Shown: positions 38,753-51,976 of the stretch, in pieces
Layout: each line of letters begins with the position of its first letter
Numbering within the stretch: position 1 is the stretch's first letter
Source of the DNA: Ascidiella aspersa
Lineage: Eukaryota
Direction of reading: 5' to 3'
DNA length: 64,000 bases
Assembly: GCA_963924565.1 (NCBI GenBank)
Contig: OZ004614.1
Span: 23,188,001 to 23,252,000, forward strand
Translations under genes and position numbers: made by a program
Notes under the pieces: generated by a model
Told to the model about the DNA's origin: nothing
The model's input: the letters and a program-made list of their open reading frames with translations, nothing else
The model's database searches: none

Positions 38753-39113
38753 CTGCATTGTAAACAAAGTCGATTTAAAAAGAGTTAGATCCAAGTCAAG
38801 TCATTTGAAAAGACTTACGTCCCAGTCAAGTCGTTTGTAAAACAACTTAAGTCCCAGTCAAGTCGTTTGTAAAACAACTTAAGTCCCGGTTAAGTCATTT
38901 TTGAAAAAAAACTTAAATCCAAGTAAAGTCATTTTAAAATGACTTAAGTCCCAGTCAAGTCATTAGTAAAACAACTTGAGTCCCAGTCAAGTCATTTTGA
39001 AAGAACTTGAGTCCAAATAAAGTCAGCTTAAAATGACTTAAGTCTCAGTCAAGTCATTTGTCCAAAAGACTTAAGTGCACTCAAGTCAAGTAAGTGGCGT
39101 CATTACAACACTG
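38753..39113. repeat. Family A: MITE-like repeat with CAGTGTTGTAA/TTACAACACTG ends and internal ~30-32 bp AAGTC/GACTT tandem units
   Basis: Tandem AAGTCCCAGTCAAGTC...AAAACAACTT units. Other copies at about 929-1137, 5867-6085, 6880-7000, 12165-12630, 16125-16520, 36200-36537, 55855-56205 and 56801-57240. Confidence 0.75.
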
Positions 39114-40253
39114 CTGTATCGCGATCCTATCGAAAGTAAGGCTATAGGGCAGCTCTATAGGATGGCGCAATAGGAACTAAAGCCAAGTTGCTGCCGCTAT
39201 TAAATTATGGATAACCCAGAGGGTCAGTAAGGCCATCTTTGACGTAACATCACTTGGAAGGATCGGCAAGAGTTGTATTGACATTGCCTGAAGTATCTTT
39301 AGGTTCATATTTGCTGAAGTCAAATTAAGCACTTTTAGAGCATGTCAAGATAAAGATATAATGTAGGGCAATTCGTACGTCAGAATTTCTTTCGGCGTTG
39401 CGGAATTGCAATTACGCGACAAGACAAATTACAATTGTTGTCAAAACAAGTAGTCCTAATCCTTCAGATCACGTTTATGCTTTACATGTTGCTGTTTGTT
39501 TTACAGAGATACGCTTGTAGGACTGCGATGGGTCGATGAAATTTAGGTGACTATAGGATTCTTAGAAACATATCGTTACAGCAAATTAGCTAACTGGTGT
39601 TGGAACTACTACAATGGTATTTATTCTGTGGTGGACAAAATAAACCTATATTTGCTTGTTTTTCCTTTTTTTTCCAGAAATGCAACTATTTTAGCTAAAT
39701 GTGTATAACAGTGAATAACAGTGTATATAGAATTAGAACAGGGGTCCTGACATTTCTTTACTCCTTTATTCTTTACATATTCCTTTATTCTTTACATGTT
39801 TACATGTTGAAAAAACAAAAAGTACAAACAAGTAGGCTATAGCGAACATTGTGTGGGCATTTTACGAGGTAGATAATAAATGAGTTTATTTGAAACATTA
39901 CACAATGCCACTCGAGTCCCCTGCCTTACCTCAGGACGATCTATGATACAATTTAAAACTTTTAGAGACGAATCCTGTATTTGTGCGAAAAATCCAGTTA
40001 AAAGCCGAAATTGCTAGGCACGCAGAGGCAAATATTCCCCACACAAACTCTGTACAACAGTTAAAGTGTCATGCAATTCGAGTTACCTCTCCAGTTATCC
40101 AGGTAATCGATGTAGAAGGGGGTGCGCACGTAATGGTGGCTGTAGTAGGCTGCAAAGCAGAAAGGCTTCGCGTAAGCGGTAAGAAGTTAGTTTTTTCAAA
40201 TTTAAGACTATTGGCGGGCGAGAGAGACAAGCAGGTCGCATGCACCAAAGGGA

Positions 40254-40530
40254 AATGACACAGCATTGAAACGACACCACTGAAAAATGACACCAGCGCG
40301 AAATGACACAACAGTGAAATGACACCACTAGGAAACGACACCACCGCGAAATAACACCACCCCAAAATGACACCACTAAAAGCGACATTTGTGTGAACAG
40401 ACAAAACAACACCAAAGTAAAATTACATCACCCAAAATTATGCCACCGCAAAATGTGACTATAACGCAAAATAAAACTACAGCGAAAAGACAATACAGCA
40501 AAATTAAACTTTGGTAGAATGACACTCCCT
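40254..40530. repeat. Minisatellite, AAATGACACCAC-type unit of ~16-17 bp
   Basis: Tandem degenerate units that decay towards the right. Confidence 0.8.
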
Positions 40531-42509
40531 TAAAAAACGACATTGTATACATTAACGGTTTTATATCCCCTTATCCAGTAAGACCTATGCCCTAAATAAT
40601 AAAGATCATGCCGACGTTTCGTAGTTGTGAACAGACCCTAATGAGCCTTGACTTTTGAGTCACGAAGTGCAGAAAAGAAAATATTTCAGTTTAGTTCAAA
40701 AAACCTGCACATGCGACATGCAACTTAGCAATGTGAATATCATGGCTATTTTTCACAAGTCGGTGTAAACGCATTTTCAGTATGGGGCTCTCCACCAATA
40801 ATAACCCTCACTAATTTACTTTATTAACTGTTTGTATCAATCGCCTAATGTGATTACGTTTTATTGAAAGTATCCTCATGACGAAAAGTATTATTTTGTA
40901 TGGACAGCGTAGCGCGAAAGTTGCATCCAATTGGCGAGGTACAACGTCAACGGTGATAAGAACAAAAAGCAAAGAAAATGTTGCGCATATCCAAAACAAG
41001 CAACATGCAACGGGTTTCTGCGTCGTAACACCACACGGACCGGTCTTTCTTTTCACGACAGAAGTAGACTCTGGGTTTTCGCTTTTGCCCAACTCTTCGT
41101 GCTTGGAAGCAAGGGTGTCGCTGACAACTCGCCATTTGCACGAAGCTGCTGGTACGACCCCAAAAAGCAGGTCGCACATGCTTGTGTAGCTCAATACAGT
41201 TTTTAGTTGTTGTTTCTTCCCGTGGGCTCACAGCGTTTTCGGCCTATTACTTACAAGGGCCGCGATTCGCCTAATGTAGGATGGTTGACTCTGGAAAGTG
41301 GACCGTGATAACAAAGCGGTCTACACCGTTAGCACCCCTTCCCCCTCCCCCGCCTTCGTAGCCGAAAAAACATACAAGATGTCACTTGGCGCGGACAATT
41401 GGGGCTGTTGCTTTACGCTTCGCGACGAGTGCTTTTTCTGCGCGCGTACGTGTGTGTGCGTGCGCGTGCGTGTGTGTGCATTTACCGCAAGGGTGGCGTA
41501 ACCGTTTCGCTTTCACGCGTCGTGAGACATACAGGCAGATTGCATTACCACCGAAAAAAAATTGTTTCCGGAATAAAATTTATTTTAGATCGGAACAAAA
41601 ACTGTTGCGGGAACTCATTTTTATTTGAAAAATCTTTTCTGAAAATTAAAGTAATTCTGATATTGAAAGGTATTGAAATGACATCAACCTGAGAAATATG
41701 AATATAAATTTCAAGGTGTCCTAGAACCCTACAGATTCTTATACCAATATGAATAAACCAGGTCGCTGTTTTGAACACGGCTTTTAAACCTTGGACCCTT
41801 TGAAACACCCGCTTAAAAATGTCTGGTATTTTTCACCTTTTCCTAAACCTGATTTATTCATAGGCCCAGCTTAAATGCAGCGGAAAAAAAATTGACCCTG
41901 CTGCCCACTATACGTAAACCAGCCTATTGTTAAGTAAGCCATGATCTTCGGTATTTATGCCAAAAAATGCTTTCGTGTTAGAAATTGATTTTATTTTAAT
42001 ATTAACACGGGAATTTCCATTTTAAGGCTCTACGTTGGAATTGGAATGTGAAACATGGATGAAATGCATAATTTGTTGGTATCGGATCGGCACCGATACC
42101 ACCCATTATCGGACCAGCACCGATACTACCACTTGGCATCGGGTATCGGCTCCGATCCGATATTGTCGGATGCAACAGTAGAATTAAAACGGGAGTTCAA
42201 ACGAATAGCCCAATTACACCACACCAAGTCCACCAATCGAAGTCAGATGAAACACACAAACAAACCATACATCAATGGGCAAAGCGTTCCCGAAGAAATA
42301 TAAAGTGGCTGAACAATCTAAACAAGCGAGAGAAAAAAATAGGGAAATTTTAGCGTGAAATCCAGAAGCGTAAGCGAGCGTGAAGGATTGCTCTCAAGAA
42401 ATAAAGTCAACAGACTGTGGAGTTTAACACCTGGCCCTAGGACAACTAACACCAGCAGTCCAGCGGTGTTGGACGCATGCCACCGGCTTTTCAAGCACCT
42501 TAAGATGCT

Positions 42510-45280
42510 CTCAATTGTGGGTTATTTGACTGGCGTGCGTTCAGCTAGAACGCTTTTTTTTTATTTGCGGCAAATGGCACTTTAGACTTTTAAAAGCGTT
42601 GTTTCAAATATAATGTAGATGGGTGTAAGTGTAGGGATAGGCGATCATATCTGATCGGAGCCGATAACCGATGCCAAGTGTAGTGTTGTAATGCCTTAAT
42701 GACTTGACCTAAGTGCACTTAAGTAACTGTTTTTTAAATAGACTTGGCCTAGACTTAAGTCATTTCGACAAATAAATTAAGTTGACTTAAGGCATTTTGG
42801 CAAGTAGCATAGGCAAACTACTTAAGTCAAAACATATAAAAATGAAATTGGTTATTTACCTCAACTTTATGTTAAATTTGGTGGCTACTTGTTTTTTACG
42901 TTTTCTCTGCGAAATATGGCTTAAAAAGAAGCGTTCACCAGCTTTATACGATTTATATGGATGACAATGAAATTTTTTTATTTATTTTATATTTTACATT
43001 TTAGTTTTTTCATGTTAAATGGGCTGTTGTGTTTTAAATCAGGAAATACACCCTTGGCTTGTGAATTTATCGCTTTCTGTTTTTATTTCATACACTTTAG
43101 TGATGTTTCTATGCGAGCGAAATAAAACCCGTCTAAGGCGAAAAAAACACCCATTTTTCAAAATACACGAAACCGCCTTTCACACACATATTAAACATTC
43201 TGAAAGGTAAACTTAGACCAGATTATATCAAACCTACAAACACTGGATGAAATAATAAGAATATCAAAGCGCATACAGAAGTAGGCACCGTTTTGAACGT
43301 TTCAAACGATTTTTTATTGATTTTCAGCTTCATGTTAATATCTACTTCAGTATGGCTTTGATGTTACTGCAACCTCCAACCATGAGGCTCAACGGAATCA
43401 ATTATTTTACGACTCCAGAGATGATTTTGCACAAGTGCTGTCGGCTAACTCACTGACTGAACGCATTTCGCCAAAACTAATAACTTTATTACAAGAAATA
43501 TTGCTTAAACTTCTATGACGTAATCAAAGTCAGGCATTTTATGCGATTTTAAGTGCCTATAGACTGTAGACTTTTTAAGAAATTTATCTTAACATATTTT
43601 AAAATGACTGGTGTAAATTACGACAGGAAGCTCCAAACTGTAAACTATAGCCCTTCTAAAGCTGCTTTTTGGCATGGCCGAGGTCGCGAGTTCGAACCTC
43701 ACTGCTCTAGCTTGCCTTGCTTGAATTATTGATCTACAGATTGGGTGAGTCTGCGATGGCTTTCGTTGTACAATTATCAAGTAGAAATAACTTTTGCTTG
43801 AAACCGACCACATATACGAGTAAATACAGACGCAGCACAAAGCAACATTAGGATTACTCCAGACGTCCGATATTACTGGATCGGAGCAGATACCTGCTTA
43901 GTAATGGTACCGGTTTTGTCCGATACTAAGGTGGTTTCGGTACCGATAAAATACCTATTTGACAAATAATGTCAACTATATTGTTTGCGTTTTTCTGTCA
44001 CTTTAAACGCTACATTAAAAAAAATTTCTAATAAAATACAAAAATAACAACTGATATTTAAGCTTATAAGCGTCAAAGCAAACTTACCTGAAAAAAGATA
44101 TAAAAAACACACTCGAAAGACATAACTTTGCACCTTCTTATTTCTACAGTTTAGTTCATTTTTTATTGGCAATGACATAATTTGATCACGAGAATTTGTC
44201 CCTTTGCCCCTCCCAAAAAACATGTAGGGTATCGCAATTAAAAATTGAGTTTTTCCAACAGCGATTTTAATCTGCATTTGATCAAACGCGAGCCCAATAC
44301 CTTGCTCCGTGCCCAGACCTTTCGCTGACAAGCCTAACGACTTGGCACATGCCTCAAATCACGGATAAAAATCGGAAATCTAATCGCGCCATCGCCAGCC
44401 AGTTATCTAGGCGGGCAACAACAAAGCGCCTGCCTATCGGTGCCCTACCTAAGCGCCTGTAGGCTCCATACACGGCCAGCTGCTCGATGGAACAAGAACT
44501 GATCTGCTAGGAAGACGATTAGTGGCTTTTTGTTGCGATCGAAGCCGGAATCAATCCTAGCGAGTCGCATCGACCGGTTCGAGAAAACAGGAAAAAACAC
44601 CGACGGGAACAACAACTGCAACGCTTGAAGTCGTTGTCTCAACGCTAAATCGAATTCGGAGATTTGCTTGGCATAAGTATAGATTGAGCGCCGGAGAAAA
44701 GCTTCCCGAGGAAAAAATCGCAGATAATTACAATTGTAAAATTGTTCTTTCGGCAAAATTTTATTAAAGTACCAACATTTCGAGCACAAGCTTCTATAAA
44801 AAATAAAATGCACCGATTGGGATTTCTGGATTATTATGCAAAGGCTGTTAGGATTTGTTTCTTTTTTCTTAAAGTAAAATTGCTGTTTTGTGTTTAAATC
44901 TTGTGAGACTAATATGGCATTATAACTTTTTCTAAAATGCTCCATTGATTCGTTGAGTTGTATTTTGTAACGTTAAATATGCTGTCAATTGGGGGTTATT
45001 TGACTGGCGTCCATTCAGCTAGAACGCTTTTTCTATTTGGGGCAAATGGCACTTTGAACTTTTAAAAGCTTTGGGTTAAGATATGCTGTAGATGGGTAAA
45101 ATTATAGGGATATGCGATCATATCTGATTCGAGCCTATAGGTGATGCCAAGTGTAGTGTTGTATATCCTTAGTGACTTGTCCTAAGTGCACTAAAGTGAG
45201 TGTTTTTTAAGATGACTTGACTTGATTTGACTTGGATCATTTAGACAAATGAATTAACTTGACTTAATGTAGTTTAACAT
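42510..45280. repeat. Dispersed ~290-bp direct duplication (42510-42800 and 44985-45280)
   Basis: Colinear unique sequence followed by a family B fragment and a family A fragment, in the same order in both copies. Confidence 0.8.
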
Positions 45281-46675
45281 ATGGCATATGCCCGCCGAAG
45301 TGTAATTCTAATTGATTTTCAATGGCTAGCTGATGAGTGGCCGCCCTGTCTCTCGGACGTGACTAAATCGACAAGCTCGACACCCTTCTGACGTCACCGC
45401 GTCCTCTTGTGATGTCATTAAAAGCCGGTTAAAAAAACGAAAATTTTTCCACCGATTTTATTTGACAAGGTATCGATATCCTGGTGTAAACGAAGCTGCA
45501 ACAACGTGACAGATAGCAGACACCATGCAATAATAATAGTTTTCTTAAGTGATAGCCTACGAAGTGATAGCCTACGAATAAGGAACAGCGAAAAGGCGGG
45601 ATTCGAATGTCTGCGACTGAAGCGCAGGTCGTGATTAACGCGCCTAATGTACCAAGACACATTTTCCTTCCAAGGTTAAAAACCAACGGGGTGCTGACGC
45701 CTCTCTTGGTGCGCTTATGCATAAAACATGAGCCAAGTGGTCTGCGTCGTAACAGTGTATGTGGTGAAACGAAGAATTAAACGGCTCCCGTGGCTTTTTG
45801 GCTTGTAACGGGCGGCGACAGAAAAGATAAGGAGAAAACAGCACTAAAAGGGGGTTTAAAGTCCTTAGTAAAAAAAGAGGTTGAAGGTCCTAAGTTGAAC
45901 AAACGGGGGTTCAACATCCACTGTTGGAAAAAACGGGGGCTTAAGAAGCTATAGCTAACGTATAAAAAAATAGAGAAAGATCGTAAACAAAAGCGGTTAA
46001 AAAATAATCATCAAGCTGAATTTGCGAAGCAAAACAAAGTCAAAACCGCGAGATTAACTGTTTAAAGCGACAACGTGATTTCTTATAGGCTAGTTTTTGT
46101 AGCATAATGGTTTAAGGTTTTTAGTTACACGTAGTAAACATATCACAGCCCATACAGAAGTATAGGTAGCATTTTGAAGGTTTCGCATATCTCGTTAATA
46201 ATTTTCGAACGAAACATGAAAATTAATGTTGAAAAAGGGTTTAAATTAAGAATATTGAAAGGGCTAAACTTAGTAAGAAAAACGATTAAAGGCTGCATTA
46301 AAAAGGCAGGCAAATTGTTGCGAAATAAACAAACTCGTGCCTCTTAATCGATCGGTGCGCTAAAGCCGCCGGAAAATGAAGATTGAAAAGCGACATCGCT
46401 TCGCATATTCTTCCGCGCGACCAAAACTTCGCAACTCCTGGAAAACACCGAAGAGTCGGAATAGCGCGGCGCGCCATTTTCCATCGATTCCGGCGCGCAT
46501 CGATTAGCTGCGGCTGACGGCGCCGGAAGCTTTTGAAAGTAAACAAATGCGAAAGGCGCGTGATTTGTTTTTGTCTACTTCTTAGAGTCACGTACGTTTT
46601 ACTAGACTACAAGATACGACAAGAAAAAAATCAGGCTTTGGGAAAAAAGGCATAATAAAAAATGAGAACGGAACT

Positions 46676-46900
46676 TGAGCTCAATTGGTAGAGCGACGCT
46701 CCCGGTATGGCCGGAGGTCGTGAGTTCGAACCTTACTACAGGCTGGTCGTTTTTGTAGCTTGCCTTTCTTGAATCATTGATTGCGACAGATTTGATTGTG
46801 GCTTACGGTTGAATAAGATACGTAAGCCGTCATTGTTCGTCAAAAAGCGACTTTAGAACGGCTAGATCACTGTTGTTTAACCCGTCAGTGTGTGCATATC
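46676..46900 (+). mobile_element. tRNA-derived SINE-like copy (head and body)
   Basis: AGCTCAATTGGTAGAGCG...GTGAGTTCGAACC, then the body ...GTCAAAAAGCGACTTTAGAACGGCTAGATCAC. Confidence 0.75.
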
Positions 46901-47164
46901 TTTCTTGAGAATTTACATAATGCTACTTAATGCCTATTTCCACTATGTCTTACACCATTAAAAAATGTTTTAGCCCAAAGGCATCTTGAGCCTCATGGCA
47001 CCATCGGAAATTAAAGGTTTGGCAAACCGCAGTCTAATCTAAAAAGGGTTATTTGTTTTTAGCACATGTAAAACAAAAGTGAGGAAGTTTAAAACACATA
47101 TGTTTGTGTGTGTCTTTCATTGATTGATACGGACTGATGATCCCCCAGTGTGAAGTTGCTTGTA

Positions 47165-47370
47165 CTAACAAAATGTGCAAGCATTGGCGTATGGTTGTTT
47201 CTCGACTCGCTCCTCTCTGAGCCTACATAGCTCAGTTGGTAGAGCGACGGTCCCGGCTTGACCGGAGGTCGTGAGTTCGAACCTCACTGCAGGCCAGTTG
47301 TTTTTCTGGCTTGCTCTGCTTGCATCATAGATCGACAGATTCGGCGAGTCTGCGATGGCTTTTCGGTGTA
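47165..47370 (+). mobile_element. tRNA-derived SINE-like copy (linker, head 47221-47294, partial body)
   Basis: GCCTACATAGCTCAGTTGGTAGAGCG...GTGAGTTCGAACCTCACTGCAGGC followed by GATCGACAGATTCGG. Confidence 0.8.
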
Positions 47371-47935
47371 AAAGTGAGGAAGGTATTTTATCGAGCAGTA
47401 GCGAAAATCCGACGTTGATCTTTACATTATGGAAGCGTATCCCCAACACCTGCTAGCTCAACTAGGCGGACTAATGCACTCACAGGCTGTTTTAAACATT
47501 GAAAAAATGCACTCTAAAACTTGCTAGTAAGGTTCCATTACCGAGCAAAGCCGCCAACTGCGCAACGCTTAAGCCAGGCCGGAACGCTAAACCCCACAAA
47601 GCTTACCGAGCTGGGGGCATTTAAAAAATGCATGATCAAAAGGGGTCGCGTTAAAGCTAGCGAGGTGGTTTTTGAGCCGGTGAAATAAGGTACGTTGAGT
47701 ACGTTGATCCCCAACGGAACCTTGCCGATTTCGAAAATAATTTTCCGCCTTTTTTCCCGAGCGAAAGCTGTTATGTTTTTTTGGCGTAAAATTAAAAAGT
47801 ATAAAAAACTGACAAAAACTACAGGCCCAAGTTTAACGATTACTCCCCTTTTATTATATCCAACATTGGTGGACAACAAATATACACTTTTAGCGTTTTA
47901 CACTTTAATACTTTAATATACACTTGATTCTTCCT

Positions 47936-47972
47936 TTGACCTAATGAAGCATGATTTGCAACAGCTTGTCAA
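47936..47972 (+). ncRNA. Degenerate hammerhead copy, family H1
   Basis: TTGAC CTAATGA AGCATGATTTGC AACA GCTT GTCAA. Shares the downstream TGCCACCT motif with the 27873 copy. Core mutated. Confidence 0.5.
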
Positions 47973-48970
47973 TATAACAACACAATTTGTCGCTGAACAG
48001 TGCCACCTAATTTCCAGATAAATCAATCGAAGTAACGACTTTACTAGTGTGCTTGATAACTTTGACATGTTTCGTTTTACCAGATTTAGATTTGGATATC
48101 TGCAAAGGTCAATATTCATTCGTGATCAGGTTAATTAACGTAAGAATTAGTTGTCCGATAATATCGGATCATAGCCGATACCCGATACCAAGTGGTAGTA
48201 TCGGTGATCGTCCGATACTAGGGTGGTATCGATGCCGATCCTATATCAAACCAACATGAGAATTCCAACTTTAACCATCTGATTAATCAACGGCGCTACC
48301 TTAGAAGGTAAACTTGTCAAAAATAGTAAGTTAACAGTTGGAGGTGATTAAACTGCTGAACGTTAAAAAGCAAATTCTGGCCTGACAACCTGGATACATG
48401 TAATTTATTTTTACCGTTTCTATTTTATCTATTTTTTTAAACGAGAACAGTAAGGACGTTAATTGGTATTAGATCGCGATACTTTCATTTAAAATATCGG
48501 GTTATCGGAATAAAATGTCAAGTACCGGACATCCCTAGTAAAAGTGCAGCCACTGACAACTAATCTGCTGAACGATAAAGCGAGTTCTGGCCTTATGACC
48601 AGCAGCAAAAGCATGCACATTTCCAAAATTTCACAGAAAACAACTAAATATTGCCGTGCGTACAGACACAGATATCCAACAGAAACACGAACTGAAATGA
48701 CGTTTCATCACACCATATCCATACAGCTCAAAAAGGTTCAATTTCGTGCAATTTTGAAATTGAAAGCCAATGTAAACCGACTCAAGCCCGACTTCAAAGC
48801 GTCGAGGCGCCAAGCCAAAGTAACACGATCACCACGAAAAGTAATAACTCGCACTTTAATGCAAGGAGCTTTTTTATTTAAATCCATGGATGAAAAAGGG
48901 GCCGCGTAATTTTATCAATACTCGTTTCGAGTTTGTTTGTTTGACTTGCACAATTTCGCGTCTCACTTGT

Positions 48971-49440
48971 GGGTCATTCCATCCTTAATTTAAAGGCCCG
49001 GAACCCATGTTCTTAGATTTTCTTTAAACTTAGTACAATTGAAGATCTCTTTTAAAAAATAAGAATGCAAAAAATTTGAGCGTTCTGTGATAAGCGGTTT
49101 CAAAGATATGACAGTTTAAAATATTTTACCACTAGGTGGAAATGGGTATTTTTTGGTTCCGCTTGAGCGCTTTTTGCTCTGTTGTGGCTTAATTTTGCAG
49201 TAGAAGCCTGCAGTAAAATGCTATTCCACCATTTATGGGGTTGCTAATTTCAAAAATGACGATTAAAACTATATGTGATCAATTCTTCTATATGTAATTT
49301 ACATTTAAAGTTTTCTGACTTCCGAAGACTTTTCCGAAGCTCTCTGCAATTTTTTTTAAATTTTTATGCTGGAAAAATAATCTTGAGACATCATAGTATT
49401 TGGAATTTTTAAAGTGATTCTTGGTTATTTGCAATTAGTA
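48971..49440 (+). repeat. Left long TIR of the Sola2-like element
   Basis: Reverse complement of 51497-51976. First 25 bp identical, then a short asymmetric segment, then high identity. Confidence 0.95.
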
Positions 49441-50092
49441 ATTGTTTTTTATGTTTTAAATTTGTGTTAGTTATAACAAATTTAAAACACTAAAAAGTTA
49501 TAACTGATAACTAGAGGCAGTAAAAGTCATACTTTTTTGATGTAAAATAAAAAAAATATTGTTATGAGCTTCATGTAAGAAGGTTTAAGGTCATATTCTA
49601 TGTTTTAGGTCATAAAATATGACCTATTGATTTTACTTAAAACTTTAAAGATTTGGTCCTAGTAATTTTGTAGATAAAGTTAAAGCAGTCCCCTCTAGAA
49701 GTATTGCAATGAGAGTTCTCATGCTGAATTTCATGAAGCATTTAAAGCATGATTTTCATTGTTTTCTGTTCTTTAATGCTTACTGTTTGATTACAATTTA
49801 CATTGTGACATCATCTTGACACATTGTTTTGCAACACACAGTGTTGAATATTATAAACACTTGCCATAGGTCAGCTAGTACAGTCAGTTAGATCAGAGTT
49901 ATAACTTCTATGGTCAGCCAATGTTAAGATCTTAAGAGCTCCGGGTAGTTTTTAGCCTACAGCTCAATAGTGTATTTAATTTCTCAGTGCCTTTTTCAGG
50001 ATTTAGTAAATTTGTGCAATCTCTAAGTGTACATTTAGCCTTGCCTAGTAGTATCTGTTTTTGAGCTTTATAACTACACAGATTTGTAAATT

Positions 50093-51266
50093 ATGGAACC
50101 GTGTACTATAGGCATTTTAAAAGAGGCAGTAAAAGAGTGTCACAGCAACTTAAGAATTAGTAAACAAGGCATGACTAATTTCAATACAATAAGCGATGAG
50201 GAAAAAATTATTTATTTATGGCGAGCTGGACTTTGCACAGCAATTTGTGGAAGAGATAGCAAAATTTGCAACCACCACAAAAAGCAGTTAGGGGACTACT
50301 TTTTATCTAGGAAGATAAAGTGCACTGATGTGTATGGAAGACGTAAGAAAAAAAAGCCTTCAGGTAGCCGAATTATCAGTTTGGATATGGCACTCTACCT
50401 GAAATCACGGGAAATTAACAGCATACCAGGAGACAAATTGTGTCGAAATTGCTGGGGCTTGTTGTTCAAAAATATGCAGGTTGAAAAAGATCCTTCTGGT
50501 AAGTCATCAGATTCAAGTACAACAGAAAGTATAGAGGACTCTTTTAACGAATCTAATTTATTAAAAAGGTCAAATGAAGTACTAAAGCTATTGGGAAAAT
50601 CACCAGTTAAACTACATTCCCTCAAAAAACGACAACGCCTATCTTATGTTCAAAACACGGTATCTAATGTAGTCCGGAACTTCCAAGAAAATTTGTCACT
50701 TGCAATACCAACAGAAGATGAAGAACAAGCATCAACTTCACAGTAAAAAAAAACAACAAGAGGAAAATGCAATTAAAGCAAATGATTTGGATATTTTAAT
50801 GAACGAGCTTAAAGAAAAAATAGTAACTGCTAATCGTGACAAAAAAATTTCCATTTTGACATTAAAGCCGCACTCCTGGCATTTTGAAAAAACTGGTAAA
50901 TTTTTTGAAGTGTCTTATTATTATGTTTTGCAATCCGCTAATTTAAAACTGGAGAAAGGAATTTTGGCAAAATCAGACCCCTTTGGAGCTAAATATAAAC
51001 TAACAGATGAAACAAAACAGCTGATTAAAGATTTTTATTTGGATATTAACCATTTATTTTTTAGAATCCTGCCTGGCCAAAAGGATTTTGTTAGCATAAG
51101 ACCGAACATACATGAGCAAAAACGCCTTTTACTGTGTAATATTGATGAACTATATGTATTGTTTAGACAAAAACATCCCTCTTTCAAACTACGTTCATCC
51201 ATGTTTTATAGCCTTCAACCAAAACAATGTATTACTGTATCAGCATCAGGACAAAATCTCTTTTAA
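50093..51266 (+). pseudogene. Frameshifted, C-terminally truncated Sola2-type transposase (N-terminal Cys/His domain plus central region; no catalytic DDD domain)
   Basis: Two overlapping ORFs (50093-50746 and 50700-51266) broken at an A-run. Motifs ICNHH...PGDKLCRNC and ILTL.P.SW...LPGQKDFVS...QKRLLLCN...LQPKQC...ASG are ones I recall from Sola2 transposases. The frame stops before the catalytic core. Confidence 0.8.
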
Positions 51267-51496
51267 ATTTCATACTTTTTCTTCTGAATAGAATTGTAAC
51301 TATTATTTTTTTCTAGAATCCTGTAAAGAATGTTAAATGTAAATATTTTTGCCAATGTATATTGTATGTCAGTACAATAGTTGTACGCAAAGTTGTGACA
51401 GTGTAGCGTATCAATTGATTTAAAGTGTCACCATTTTTTATTGTTGCATTTTAATTTGTTCCACAATTTGCATGAATTTGAAACTTAATAACCAAC

Positions 51497-51976
51497 TACT
51501 AATTGCAAATAACCAAGAATCACTTTAAAAATTCCAAATACTATGATGTCTCAAGATTACTTTTCCAGCATGAAAATTAAAAAAAAATTGCAGAGAGCTT
51601 CGGAAAAGTCTTCGGAAGTCAGAAAACTTTAAATGTAAATTACATGTAGAAGAATTTGTCACATATTGTTTTTATTATCATTTTTGAAATTAGCAACCTC
51701 ATAAATGGTGGAATAGCATTTTACTGCAGGCTTCTACTGCAAAATTAAGCCACAACAGAGCAAAAAGCGCTCAAGCGGAACCAAAAAATACCCATTTCCA
51801 CCTAGTGGTAAAATATTTCAAAATGTCATATCTTTAAAACCGCTTATCACAGAACGCTCAAATTTTTTGCATTCTTATTTTTTTATTAAAATCTTCAATT
51901 ACCTAAAATTTAAAGAAAATCTGAAAACATGGGTGGACAAATTTCTGAAAACTTTAAATTAAGGATGGAATGACCC
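51497..51976 (-). repeat. Right long TIR of the Sola2-like element
   Basis: Ends ...ttaaattaaggatggaatgaccc, the reverse complement of the left end. Confidence 0.95.

Larger units (their letters stand above)
48971..51976 (+). mobile_element. Sola2-like DNA transposon, internally deleted and non-autonomous
   Basis: GGG...CCC termini, ~470-480 bp TIRs, 4-bp TSD TTGT (48967-48970 and 51977-51980), internal transposase remnant. This combination matches the Sola2 description. Confidence 0.85.

Noticed and set aside
39739-39923. Possible hAT MITE (CAGGGG...CCCCTG)
   Set aside because: Only ~6 bp of terminal match and no TSD.
40811-41231. Overlapping ORFs (e.g. MCDLLFGVVPAASCKW...) as a further first exon
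   Set aside because: The only phase-1 donor found is weak (G|GTCCGT) and the peptide is not recognisable; may be regulatory or UTR sequence.
44445-44945. 166-aa minus-strand ORF and the other 60-150 aa ORF-track entries outside the listed exons and transposase
   Set aside because: Composition typical of translated AT-rich non-coding DNA or repeats, many non-ATG starts, and no splice or motif support.
45330-45370. Isolated CUGANGA cores (also at ~6405, ~47134, ~53241 and ~57849)
   Set aside because: No properly paired stem II followed by GAAA and stem I; expected by chance.
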